Source: Octopus vulgaris
Taxonomy: Eukaryota
Direction: 5' to 3'
DNA length: 64,000 bases
NCBI GenBank assembly: GCA_951406725.2
Contig: OX597819.1
Span: 128,402,001 to 128,466,000, forward strand
Part shown: positions 13,241-26,479 of the stretch, one piece after another
Numbering within the stretch: the first letter of the stretch is position 1
Layout of the letters: every line of letters starts with the position of its first letter
Translations under genes and position numbers: made by a program
Notes under the pieces: model-generated
Told to the model about the DNA's origin: nothing
Database searches by the model: none
The model's input: only the letters and a program-made list of their open reading frames with translations

Positions 13241-15764
13241 TTCAAATATTCCTCATGAAGAGTAATACGTTGAAGTTTAGAAAAATATTGTACGTATGTG
13301 GGAGAGCTTAGGACAACTTGGGTTTGTTGTTGTTGCTAGATAAATGTAAATCAAACCCATTTGATCATAGGGCTTTCTAGTCGTGACCAACCTGACTTTT
13401 TATGAGTATATAGGACTATTTTTCCTGACCTGCAGGATCCGCCCGTTTTTGCATTGACACAATTATGTTGCGCCAATCGACGCTCTGACATTGGTGGACG
13501 TCACCGTTAGCCTGGTCACGAACGCCTCCTTTCTGTCACGATAGTACCGGTGATCCAAAGTGGAATTGAGCTTAGAACGCAAACATCAGAACAGATATTA
13601 CAAGGACCCTTGTCCAACGATCTAACAATTCCACTAATCGACCATCCTGTATTTATTATATTTACCCTGAAAGGTTGAAAGGAAGAGATGACTACGGCTG
13701 GATGCAGTGGGTTGAAACAAATACCACAAGGCATTCTATCTGCTCCTCACAAGCTCCAGTTCTTGCTGCAGCGTGGTGTCTTGTGTTTCTCAATAACCCC
13801 GAGAGCTATGGCTGCGAAGCGCTAGTTCCTGATTGGGCCTCCCATGTTGAACAAGTCAAAGGATAGAGGCCAGATTAATATGACCCAACTCTCCCCAAAA
13901 GTAACATGTTTGCATAGGGCCAGCAATTCACTTAGAAAAAAAGCAAAGTTACTGAAGCATCGACAACAATTCAAAGCCAACAATACTTAAGATAGGAAAG
14001 TCTTCCTTCAAGGAAATATTAGACGTGGTGCAGGAAAATCCGATCCAGCGATCTTCTTGGAGAAAAGCGCAAAAGACATCCCTAGTCGAGAACAGTTGAT
14101 AAAACGCTGTCGATTGCTTATGCCTCATAAGAAGCGAAGGGCTTAAATAAGTAATAAGTCTATACAAATCTCTAACTGTTCTTCCAGTTGGTTGCCTACA
14201 ATGTAGACGGTGGTGATGGACGCGTTTATCCTGGTGTGTTTAAAATTTTATTACGTCAATAATATTGTTATTAAATGTTGAAGCAGCGAAGTGTTCAAAT
14301 CATTAGGACGTTGACAAGAATTCCACAGAGCATTCATTCTGATACTCTGCACTCAGAGTGCTAATATTACCGAGGTTTTGGTTTACATTCGTTCGGTGTA
14401 AGCAGGTAAAAAAAGTATTAATCCAAGGTGGCGACATGAAGGAAATATCAGAGAGTCAGGCATGATTCGTTGCAGTATCTCATCTGGATCTTCACGTGCT
14501 GACAGCAGCATCTGCAATATGAAGTTCATTGGCACGAATCGGCGGCCTTTCCCTTGAATAAACATTGGTACCATGGAGAGAGAGAAGAGTGAGATGCATA
14601 GCAACTGCCAACCTTCCTCAAAATCCCTTGCCTAGGTCTATGCATACATGTACAGTTGTACGGTCGACCCTGACAGATGAAAGCCCAGATATTGCAGTGT
14701 GCTTATATTTCAGTTTTAGATATGGTTTTTATAACATGATATTGCAGAAATATTTTTCTTTTGAAGCCCATTGCGTGTCACCTTAAAACACATAATGAGT
14801 TAGGGTTGGCATTTGTACCATATGGTCACCATTACTGATATAATTATTTAGTCTTTTATCAAAGATGCAGTCTTTAATCTGGTTGGTTGAACGAGCATAT
14901 AGGGATTTTCTCGCTGACCGAATTGATAGGATATCGAATTTCCTGGTATGAGTTCGATGTTTTGTATTTCATCGCTACCTGTGCGTTGAGTCTAATTGGG
15001 TACTAATAGCATCAGCAAATTAGCGCTAATTAGGTACTACAGCACCAGCACTGTAAAACTAATGTGTGTTTCCGATTTCCGAGTCAACAAAGAAGCTTCT
15101 ACCAGGTCTCTCACCGTGCTAGATATAGTGACCGAGTCCTCGATACATAAAATCATGGAACGGTTGCGGATGTGGAACACGGCCACTCGATCAAAGCTGA
15201 TCTGGGATTAAACTGCCACAATAATGATTTATGATTTAAACGCAAAGCCTGCAATTTTTAAGGGATGTGGGTTCGTTGACTTTATCAACCCCAATACTAA
15301 AATTAATACTTGATGAAAAACAAAATTGACATCGACGGGATTTTAATTCTGAATTTAAATAGCTGGAACAAATACCGTGAAGCATTATTTTTGGCAAACA
15401 ATTTCTTAACATTTAATTAAGCAATTCAGTGTGGAATATTTTTGGCTTATTTCTGTAATAAACTTGTCGAATAGTTGTTTTTTGGTATTGATTAGTCTTA
15501 AATGAGCATTGATCGCGCATGCCCATGAATAGAAGCGTTCCGGTGGTGATCATCATGCTGTTAAGTGGTTGTGGTAGACACACAGCTTATTTAAAACTGC
15601 ATTACTCTATATGTCCTAATTTTTAAGAAAGTAGAGTGGGATTTGAGGGAGATTTATACTATTTCTAGTTGGATGATCATCTACGTAGAGGTCCCTTTTG
15701 GCTCGTTTCGAAAAACAGATAAAAGAATGAGCAAATAACTGGATGGATAGAGAGACAAAACTGA

Positions 15765-15797
15765 CAGACAGACAGATAGATAGATGGATGGATGGAT

Positions 15798-15892
<95 letters not shown>

Positions 15893-15924
15893 GGATAGAT
15901 AGATAGATAGATGGATGGATGGAT

Positions 15925-15977
<53 letters not shown>

Positions 15978-15985
15978 CAGATAGA
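15765..15985. repeat. (GATA)n/(GATG)n microsatellite
   Basis: Direct reading. Confidence 0.95.
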
Positions 15986-16153
15986 TGTAATCGTCATGTA
16001 TGTAACAGAATAAAAACGGGAGATTGTTTATTACTATGGGTTTTCAATTGAAAAAAATGCTATAATTTTGTTGTATACCATTGTCTTCGAAGACAAAGAA
16101 CTTCAAAGCAAAAGGATGACAGTCGTGTACACACATACGTGCGCACACACGCG

Positions 16154-16213
<60 letters not shown>

Positions 16214-16545
16214 CGGTGACATTTCGAAATTAGACAAACAATTAAAATGAAAATAATTTCTAGCTTTAGATGTCTTTTAGAACATTAGAAATAAAAGAAA
16301 GTTTAGAGGAGAAAAAAGTCAAAGGTTGATAATTCAAAGTAAGAAAGTTTGTTATTTCAATAAATATTATTTCTGAAAGAGGAGAGAAAGAGGGAGAGAG
16401 GGAGTGACTGACGGACACACAGACAGACAGTTCCCTTTTGAGTTGAGTTTCGTCGGATGACAGAGATTTGTAAAGCCTTGAATATACTCTAAAATTATTG
16501 TATTTTGTGGTCCAACGCTTGATACGAAAGCAAAACAGTTTCTAG

Positions 16546-16900
16546 AATGTGACAGTCTTACACAGGACGATGTTACTTCTTAGCCCCAGGAAAATATCTT
16601 TTTCCAACTGGCTACCGACGCTTGGTCTGTGTCCGTATACTGTGAGCAAAGTCAGGGACTTAGAATTTGTGGTTTTTCTTTTTACGCGATCAACGACTGT
16701 GTGCCGCGATTGTCCTGTACCGCGGAAGGGAAATAACCCAGAGACCATTGGTCTACAGGTATCGCTAATACTTGAAAGGAAGCAATAAACTCCCTTGCTA
16801 TCACTATACGGACACAGACCATGTGTCGGTAGCCAGCTAGAAAAGATGTTTTCCTGGGGCTAAAAAGTAGTAACATCGTCCTGTGTAAGACTACCACATT
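16546..16900. mobile_element. Foldback/MITE-like element with ~100-bp imperfect terminal inverted repeats
   Basis: AATGTGACAGTCTTACACAGGACGATGTTAC...GCCCCAGGAAAA...GGTCTGTGTCCGTATA (16546-16648) is complementary to 16794-16900; ~145-bp spacer, no ORF. Confidence 0.8.
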
Positions 16901-16923
16901 GTGTTGGCAAATAGACTTGACAC

Positions 16924-16966
<43 letters not shown>

Positions 16967-17379
16967 ACATATAATGGTTCACACGCAAGTCATTTCTTCA
17001 TCAGCTATCAAATGTTGACAACTAGTTCGTCACATCCCGACCATAATCCCCTTTCAGAAGTACTCAACTACGTTGGTGATGCATGAGAATGTCCAGGTTA
17101 GTCGAGGGAAATTCTCATTTTTCGCTCATAATCAACAGAAATCCGGGAGCTAAGACCTTTAACAGTAAGACATGTAGGATTACCCAAAACCTTTCACCTT
17201 GTTGTCGGGGTTTAGTTTCCTTAATATCAGAGTGCATCGTCTCTACATTAGTATTTTTCAAAGCGACGGAATTTAGCTCTGAATACATCAAGGGAATTTG
17301 AACTCAGAACGTAGAGGCATACGAAATGCTGCCAAACATTTTGCCTGGCGTATTAACGATTCTGCCAGTTCACCGATTT

Positions 17380-17935
17380 TACAATAATAATGATGATGAT
17401 GATGATGGTGATAATAAATGCCCTGATGCAGTACCAGGCAGTGGCTATGCCCTGATGCAGTGCCAGGTAATGGCTTTCATAGCCTCTCAACTTAGCTGAT
17501 TAGAAGTGCTATCATGTATATGTTTTGTCTTCGTATAAAAGATGTTTGTCAGTTGCTTGACCGTAACCAGTTGAGTATGTTAGTAGCTGACGATATATGC
17601 ATCTCTGATCACGAGCAGAAGTAGCGGAGGAGCATCATAGCCATGTGTTGAGTGGAATTATTTGGGGTTTGAGTAATTCACCTCTGGAAACATGGGGACC
17701 TTTTGAGTGAGACGAGCTACTCGAACCGAAGAAAATTCTAACTGGGCCCCACCTGCAAGTTCATGCGCTGTTAATCTCGATATGTGAACACCATGTCGCG
17801 CACATATGGTTGTGATGCACGTGCCTGGTGCACCCTTATCAGACGAGTAGTCATGATGGGTATATTGGGCTTCGTTATTTGTACCCCAGTGTCACTTAGA
17901 TGGCATGCGCTGCTCTCTCACTCAATACTGATAAT
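17380..17935. mobile_element. Probable LINE-derived UTR remnant bounded by (AAT/GAT)n, with an internal 28-29-bp tandem duplication
   Basis: Flanked by trinucleotide runs; ATGCCCTGATGCAGTRCCAGGYARTGGCT duplicated at ~17419-17476; GC level above background. Confidence 0.4.
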
Positions 17936-18279
17936 AGTTTCAAGGCCATCGCTAGGCCAGCATTTTAGTGGGGAAGATGTTAAGCGATTACATCGATCTC
18001 GATGCTCAGCTGGTAGCTATTTATCGACGCTGAATAGGCGGAAAGCCAAATCGTACTCGGCAGAATTTCAACGCATAACGTATAGCACCGTAGCTAAATA
18101 CCCTAAAGTATTTTGTTCGATGACCTAACGATTTTGCCAATTTAATAATAATCACGACGTTGAGGACAGTACAAAAGTAAAACACAATAAAACAACAAAC
18201 AAGAAATGATCAGGTTTTTAGATCGAGTGGAAAGATAACAACAACAATAACATATAATTATTTCTAATTTAAGTACAGG

Positions 18280-19135
18280 TCAAGCGGCGAGCTCGGCAGA
18301 ATTTTTAGCATGTCGGGCAAAATGCTTAGAGGCATTTCGTCCGTCTCTATGTTCTGAGTTCAAATTCCGCCGAAGTCAACTTTGCCTTTCATCCAATCGG
18401 GAATTGATAAAATAAGTACCCTTCAAGCACTGAGGTCGATGTAATCGACTCCCCCTCTCGGAATTTCTGGCTCTGTGCCAAAATTTGAAACCAATATTGG
18501 TAAAAGTCCTGGGTTTGTTGATTAAATTGACACAGGTACTTGTTCGGAACCCTAAATTTATCGATCTTCGAGGAGTGAAAGACGAAGCTGATTTCGATAG
18601 GATTTGAACTCAGTATATTTAAAGCCGGAAGAAATATCACAAGGCATTTTGACCGACGAGCTAACAATTCTGCAATTCCATCACAACTTAAAAAGCCGTA
18701 AATAATTAGCTCTGATTTAAGCACAAAGCCAACAATTTTGAGGGGAAGGGGAGGAGAGTAATCAATAACACCGACCTCAGTACTGAACTAGTTCTTTATT
18801 TTATCGAATCCGAGTGGATGAAGAGCAAAGCTAATCTCGACGGGATTTGAATTTAGAAGATAAAATGCCGGGAGAATACTGCAAAATTATTTTCTTCTGA
18901 TGCCAAGAAACATAAATAATCTCCTGATGCCAAGAACAAAGCCAAACATTTTGCGGGTGGGGACTAAGTCGATTACATCGACCCCAGTACTCAACAAGTA
19001 CTTATTTTATCGACTCCTAATAGATGAAAGGCAAAGTTGACCACGGCGGAATCTAAACTCAGAAAGTAAAGACGGACAAAAAGCAGCTAAGCATTTTGTC
19101 CGGCATGCTAACTATTATGCAAACTTGTCGCGATT
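18280..19135. mobile_element. Cluster of four older Meta-domain-like SINE copies in both orientations
   Basis: Plus copy ~18280-18495; minus copies ~18530-18680, ~18715-18900 and ~18940-19135, all matching the SINE core with divergence. Confidence 0.75.
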
Positions 19136-19269
19136 TAAGAAGCATAAATAAAATTAAAAGAAAACAGAATAAGAACAATCACCATTAATAGTACCGACAA
19201 TAGTAGAATACCATCGCAAACATTCAAATGAAATCTTTGATGTTGTATACACCACTCTTCCAGCCATTA

Positions 19270-19710
19270 GATAAACCAATGAAATCTCAAAGCATTCGTC
19301 AATTTCCTCTGATTCCGAATTTTATCCAATGAAATTTCGGTCTATACAGAGATGATCTCTGTACAGTCGTTCAACTCACAAGAAATAACCACCAAATGCC
19401 CCCTCAAAGCACATCCTACCGATTTAAATGAAGAATACATTGGATGACGTACGTGGGAATGGGAGCATTAAATCTAGAAATATACACCGGATGGTCATGG
19501 CCGAAAAGTCTTTGATCATATGTTTGTTCAATCAGGGCTGAATCGGGTTTACACAACCACAATAACTATGACAACAGACCAATGAAATATGAAAAATTAA
19601 TAACATTTCCTGCTACCATCGCCACAACTATAATAGCGAGTCTATGTTCTGATTGGACAAATAGTTTAACGAAGAAAAAACTTTGAACTTAGTCGTCACC
19701 CAATAGAGAT
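19270..19710 (+). promoter_or_regulatory. Candidate promoter: cluster of CCAAT boxes and CRE half-sites
   Basis: CCAATGAAA at 19276, 19326 and 19579; ATTGG at 19439 and 19652; CCAAT at 19700; TGACGT at 19445; CGTCA at 19694; downstream strong donor CAG|GTAGGT at 20470. Confidence 0.4.
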
Positions 19711-19967
19711 TGTTTTAACATCAAACGCAAACGCTGACATACGAAACGTACACGCAACCAGACACAAATACATACATGCATACATACATACATGTATAAA
19801 AGTATATACTTACGTACGACCGTACATAAGACTATCGATATTAGTGGGTGGCTAAAGAGAATTTATAAAAGTGAAACCTATGTAAATGAGACGTAAATTT
19901 TTTGGTGGTGGAATGGAAGGTGGGGGTATACAGCTTGCAACAAAATCATGCCGCCGACAACGAAAAT

Positions 19968-20043
19968 GAAAGAAGAAGAAGAAGAAGAAGAAGAAGAAGA
20001 AGAAGAAGAAGAAGAAGAAGAAGAAGAAGAAGAAGAAGAAGAA
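19968..20043. repeat. (GAA)n microsatellite (second tract at 20708-20797)
   Basis: Direct reading; explains the poly-F and poly-R ORFs. Confidence 0.95.
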
Positions 20044-21095
20044 TGAGATTAATTTTAATAATAGGTGGAGCCTAAAGTTTAGATTCAAAGTGCAAAGACT
20101 TGGTATGATGAGGTTGAATTGTTGGCCTGGCTTCTGACGTTTCAACGAATATCAAAAAAAAAAAAAAAAACTCATTAAACAAAAACAAAAACAAAATCAT
20201 CAAAATGAAAAGCCACACTTTTTTTTATATATATATATATTATTAAGGGTTCGTTTTCGTAGCTGATGGAAAAATCATTATTGACCACATTTTTTTCATT
20301 TTAAACTGATGTGTATATATATTGGGGCAAAATTCTTGTATTGTGTTTTTGCTGGTTTATTTTGTAGTCATTGCTTGTTTTTTTTCTCTTGAGTTCTAGG
20401 AAATATTGTATGTACGAATGAATGTATTATGGTGGTAGCGTTGGTAATGATCGAGATAAAAAGCTACAGGTAGGTGTGTTTCCGTACATGTGTATGTATG
20501 TGTGTGAGTGAATATGTGTATATATATAGAGAGAGAGAGAGGGGAAGAGAGAGAGAGAGGGGAGAGGGAGAGAGCGGTAGATTAAACATGATGAGAATAT
20601 TTATTCTCCCTTAATACAGTTTACAAATTTGAAAATATTTGACCCTAGCGTTCACCCCACTCTGCTTTCACTCGCGAGTAGAAACAGTACCTGCCGCAAT
20701 CGAGCTGGAAGAAGAAGAAGAAGAAGAAGAAGAAGAAGAAGAAGAAGAAGAAGAAGAAGAAGAAGAAGAAGAAGAAGAAGAAGAAGAAGAAGAAGAAAAC
20801 TGCTAATATTACTACAATGTCCTGCCTTCACACAATCTCAGTGTTACAACCATCGCCACCCTGCGAGACATAACTGCCAACAGTACCGTCTCAAACCTAA
20901 TCATGAGGACCATCTCCAACACTACCTCCGACACCATCATCTCTAGAGTTACCATCATCAAAACACTTGTGTTCGCTTCTCTTACCAAATGAGCGCATGA
21001 TTAAATTTATGATTAGCATATGAATGATTTCACACACAAACACCGCCCTCACATATATAGACAAACACATAGATATATACACATAGATGCATGCG

Positions 21096-21167
<72 letters not shown>

Positions 21168-21312
21168 TATATACATACACATATGTACATACTTACACAT
21201 ATATGTATATGTACATATGTTTATGTATATATGCATATATATATTATGTATATTATTATATGATTGAACACCACACATCTATTTCCAAGTAAGTTTATCT
21301 TATATGTATATA

Positions 21313-21399
<87 letters not shown>

Positions 21400-21523
21400 G
21401 TGTGTGTATGTGTGTATGTATATATATACACCATGCATATATATATATGCATATATGTGTGTATATATATATATATTTATTATATACATATATATATGTA
21501 CGCGCAAACACATGGACATACAC

Positions 21524-21577
<54 letters not shown>

Positions 21578-22359
21578 GTATTTGTATGCTCGTACACGCA
21601 CACACACGCACACACACACAAAGTATGTTTGTACCTATGAATATATGAATATATGTGGGTGTAAGGGGTCTTAATCCAGAAACAAGAATTTGGTGTCGGC
21701 ATTCAGCAAGCAGGGAGGAGGCGGCGTCAGTTTCTCGCGCCACCAGTAGCGAACGGGGATTTTTTTGCAATCCAATCTTCTTTCAAAATTTTGCGACTGA
21801 ACTTTTTGCAAAAAGATACATGGGAATCAAAAGAACGGAACCAGTAATTGATATAGCAGACATTGCGATATTTCCGTCATTGCACTTGGAATAGGGAACG
21901 ACAGTGAAAAGAGAGAAAAAGGGACAGGCTGACAGGCAGACACACAGACAGACACAGCGCAAAGAAAATGAATGGAAGATCAAAACAAGAGATGAGAACT
22001 GAAAAAAAATAACTTCTAACAATGTCTACACAGCGGATGAACGATTTCGACGCTGAAAGTGCGTCTATGTGGTCAATCTCCATGCTAGTAATAGCAGCAA
22101 AATTTTCCTCAAATCATATTTTGAATTTTTCTATAAGGAAGAGACACATTGGACAATGTAACACAGTTCGCACCTAAAAAGTTAGGGTTTTTAGTCACTC
22201 GTGGTTGGCTTTTATTTAAGGGCTATTCGATTGGTGCTGTCTGGGGCTACTTAACAATGTGATGGTGAATATTCAGAAGAATAGTCGTATGTAACCCAGC
22301 ACAATACAGTGGTATTCTTCATACATTATATATATATATATATATATATATCATATATA

Positions 22360-22526
22360 GCCGGAGTAAACACATAAATGTGAAACAAGGTGGAAGAAAA
22401 GTACTCAAATGCCAGAGGTATTATTTAAAAGCAGCAGAAATTTAACAAAACTGTCCGACGAACGGGAACGTGAAACTCCGAGTAACAGGTTTTGTAAAAT
22501 TTCTGCTGCTTTTAAATAAAGTATAT

Positions 22527-22530
<4 letters not shown>
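22360..22530 (+). ncRNA. Penelope-like mini module: hammerhead ribozyme motif (22451-22488) at the apex of a ~34-bp hairpin
   Basis: CTGT-CCGACGA-ACG-GGAA-CGT-GAAA-CT-CCG-AG-TA-ACAG; stem I extends through 22421-22454 pairing with 22485-22519; embedded in (TA)n on both sides. Confidence 0.75.
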
Positions 22531-22585
<55 letters not shown>

Positions 22586-22595
22586 GCAACAATTA

Positions 22596-22655
22596 TAGTA
22601 GTTAGGATTACTGGCTTTCACCCCAGCGGCCCGGGTTCGATTCCCGGTATGGGAA
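22596..22655 (+). pseudogene. 5'-truncated tRNA-Glu(UUC) pseudogene
   Basis: TAGTAGTTAGGATTACTGGCTTTCACCCCAGCGGCCCGGGTTCGATTCCCGGTATGGGAA matches metazoan tRNA-Glu(TTC) from the D-loop to the 3' acceptor strand; 5' acceptor strand absent; 11-bp direct repeats TATGCAACAAT at 22583-22593 and 22664-22674. Confidence 0.85.
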
Positions 22656-22794
22656 AGTATTACTATGCAACAATAATATATGTAAACAAACTTTATAGAA
22701 CAGCCATTTTATAGTGGCAAAACATCTTTCATTTTGTTTTCAGAAGCGTCGAATATGTATTGTATTGTACAGACGCGGTTATAGCCATGAAAAC

Positions 22795-22904
22795 AGCAGA
22801 AAGACTGGGTATCATTACACTTACAAGACGGAAAAAATTGTTGATGAACAGCCACGGAAACTTTTTTCCGTCTTATAAGAGTAATAATACACAATCTTTC
22901 TGCT
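22795..22904. repeat. 43-bp imperfect inverted repeat with a degenerate hammerhead-like loop
   Basis: 22795-22837 pairs with 22862-22904 with 5 mismatches; loop contains TTGATGA (22841-47) and GAAAC (22857-61). Confidence 0.8.
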
Positions 22905-23214
22905 CTGCATTCGAAATATTACCTTCTTTCCTGTACAAGATATATATATATATATATATATATGTAATTATTATTTGAAGGAATATAAATCCAAACTTAC
23001 AGGGAAAAAAATTCAATTTAGAAATACTAAATCAAATTTCACACAATATAATATATATATATATATAAAAAATTAGAAAAAACCACCTTTTATCAATTCA
23101 AAATGAACAATTAAATTACACCATCTAGAAAATTACATATAACAGAAATATTAAAATTAAAATAACAATAAAATATCAATGATTAAGTAAATTGCAAAAG
23201 AAAATAATTTTAAA

Positions 23215-23275
<61 letters not shown>

Positions 23276-23339
23276 TTATGAATATGCCCCTCGTTTAAGA
23301 AACAGATTGGGTTTATTTACATTTGTGAAGAAAAAAAGA

Positions 23340-23452
23340 TACCCTTCCCTCCACCCCAAACCCTAACTAACCCTAACCCTAAAACAGATTGAAATGCAAT
23401 AGATCGATACTAGGGTTATAATTATGGGTGACAATTTCATATGACACCGCTA
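23340..23452. mobile_element. Short repeat with (TAACCC) telomere-like units, possibly Helentron/DINE-like end
   Basis: CCCAAACCCTAACTAACCCTAACCCTAAAA followed by GGTGACAATTTCATATGACACCG. Confidence 0.35.
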
Positions 23453-24638
23453 GAAAAAACTGCCGTTCAAACCGAAAAGATCCGAATATTTTAACAACTT
23501 TTATACAATTCCTAATAATATCTAATCATAAAAATATAATAATAGTATATTTTAAACATTGAATGGCTATGAAGGTCCACCCAAGTTAAAATAGGAATCA
23601 AAGGTATTCATAGGTAAAAAAAGGGTTGAGAACCGTTGATTTAGAGAGTCTGGAAAGCAACTTCTAGGAACATTTTTTAGTAAAAAATTATGCAATAACT
23701 AATTGGCAGGGATCCAAAATCTGTCCAGTTAAAATAAACCACGTGAAATATTTTTATTTTAAGACTAACTTTTAGCTTGAATTTTCTTCCAAGGAAACGT
23801 TGCATTTGAGATAATTATTTTCTATTCTTTAAAAGCATTTCGCTTTATATTTATTACTTTCAAACTCTTTTGTTTTTTTTCTTCCATATATCAACAACGT
23901 TGAGTTTTAATTTAATTTTTCAAGACTCAGTAGCTGCTGTTGATTCTTATTTATTTCAATATTTGGCTGGAAAAAAAAGACGGCTACTTAGTTATTTTCG
24001 ATAAAGCAAATCAATGTATTTATTATTTATTTTTGCTAAATATATGTAAATAATTTCATTCCATTAATACGTTATTTGCCGAATGAAAATGAACAATAGA
24101 ATTTAGGTTCGCTGAGAGAATAAACATTACCTAGTTTAAATTCTCTTCGAAATAAGAGGGAATTGCCTTAAGGGAGTGTTTTCTCCGATGAAAAATCTCA
24201 TAAATAGCTTTCTAACAGAGGAAACTTTTATGCATTTGGTCTTTCGTGACGAAACTTGCAAGTCGTTGACTTTTTTTTTTTTTTCTTTTTCTTATTCTGA
24301 AAATATGCGAGGTCCTTCAAGCAGAAAAGAGGTCGAATCTTTTTTACCAAACGGAGCGTGGGCCAAGACAAATCTCTTTAAAAAGGTGATCACGATTCAA
24401 AAAACTTGGGAAGGCCTGAAGGAAACAACGTGATTTAACGATGAAAATTGATTTCATTGGTTGAATAATGCAATCCAATGATGGCCAAAATACGGCAGTA
24501 GCTTCACCTGGTTTTCTCCCATGCATGTACAATGCTTTTCTTCTGGGACACAACCGATTGCAAAAAAAAAAAAACATTTTTGTACATGACTACTTTTTAT
24601 TATATAAAGATATTTACTTAGGTAGGCATATAAGTATG

Positions 24639-24695
<57 letters not shown>

Positions 24696-24789
24696 TTTGG
24701 TTGTATGTATGCTGCCATGCATGCATGATTATCAGTTTTGCAAATTCACTGCCTGACTTATTTACGTTCTTATTAATATTGATTTTAAA

Positions 24790-25207
24790 TTTTTGCACAA
24801 GGCCAGCAATTTCGAGGGACGCGACAAGTCGATTACTTCCACCCTAGTATTCAGTTGGTACTTATTTTATCGACCTCAAATGATGAAATACAAATTCGAC
24901 CTCAGCGGAATTTGAACTCGGAGCATAATGACGGGCGAAATGCCAAGCATTTTGCCCAGTGCCCTAACGATTCTTATTTCTTTATTGTCCACAAGGGGCT
25001 AAACACAGAAGGGACAAACGAGGACAGACAAACGGATTAAGTCGATTATATCGACCCCAGTGCGTAACTGGTACTTATTTAATCGACCCCGAAAGGATGA
25101 AAGGCAAAATCGACCTTCGGCGGAATTTGAACTCAGAACGTAGCGGCAGACGAAATACTGCTAAGCATTTCGCCCGGCGTACTAACGATTCTGCCAGCTC
25201 GCCGACT
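24790..25207 (-). mobile_element. Two adjacent Meta-domain-like SINEs
   Basis: Older copy ~24790-24973 and young copy ~24974-25207. Confidence 0.8.
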
Positions 25208-25572
25208 TTACGACCTTAACATTGACGTCCAGTTAGTGTGGTGACGGTTTCCATTCGAAGCAATCATATGCACTAATTTTGTATATGTGTGTGCGTGTGC
25301 TTTTTGCGTTATTTTTTTTTTTAATAAGATGGCCCGTGCTGGGAATATATTTCCGGACGTTTGAGAAGCTTACTGCAAACAGATAAAACGGATGGTTGAG
25401 AATAGTGAGCAGCCTACTTGAATTTCAAGGAGCGTAACCAGGCCAATCTGTTTCACCAATGCCCTCGCAGCGACCTTTAATACAACAGTATATAGTTATA
25501 TATTTTATATGTGAGCGCGTGTGTATGTGCGTGTGTATTTGTATGAATACAGAATATCTGTGTACTCACACA

Positions 25573-25609
<37 letters not shown>

Positions 25610-25770
25610 CCTGTATTTCTGTATATGTGTGTATGTATGTTTATGTGTATGTACGTGTGTATGTGTGCGTCTGCGTGTCAATGTGAATCTGTATATCTAT
25701 CTACAGATGTATAGTTTATTCAAACTTAAATTCTTTCCTCGCAAATCAGTTTCACGCACACGCCCCCCCC

Positions 25771-25840
<70 letters not shown>

Positions 25841-25841
25841 A

Positions 25842-25933
<92 letters not shown>

Positions 25934-25957
25934 ATATATATGTATGCATGTATGTAT

Positions 25958-26013
<56 letters not shown>

Positions 26014-26479
26014 AAATAAGAAAATGAAGGAATAGATTTCTTTCAATCATCAACTACTCGATAATACCTTTATACATATTATACATACTCGATAATCACT
26101 TTATATATATATATATATACAACCATATACAATATATAAATAAGAGAACAATGAAAACAAAAGAAATAAGTCAGAGAACCAGAGTCTATATTTGAACACA
26201 AAGATGAATAAGGATATATGAAATAATTCAAAACAAAAGATTTTGATTTATTGAAATTATCTCCGCTTCCAGAAGAAGCAGAGCAAAGATTGGTTGGAAC
26301 TGGTAAGAAATCCAATATACTCGTTAACGTAAATACGTTATATGATCCTCAAATGGACTCACTTTTAAAGATGCGAATAAAGATCATTTAAGACCGTTTT
26401 CTTAATTTTTCTTTATGATATTTTAAAATTCATCGATCAAGTTATTGTCTTCGATAAGACGGTTTTCTGACAGAAATGT

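Noticed and set aside
13760-13940. Possible RTE 5'UTR with HDV-like ribozyme (also 29950-30090)
   Set aside because: Could not assemble the P1/P1.1/P2/P3/P4 double pseudoknot by eye; needs a descriptor search.
21715-21755. GC-rich GCGCCACCAGTAGC as a CTCF site
   Set aside because: Only half of the motif matches; insufficient without ChIP data.
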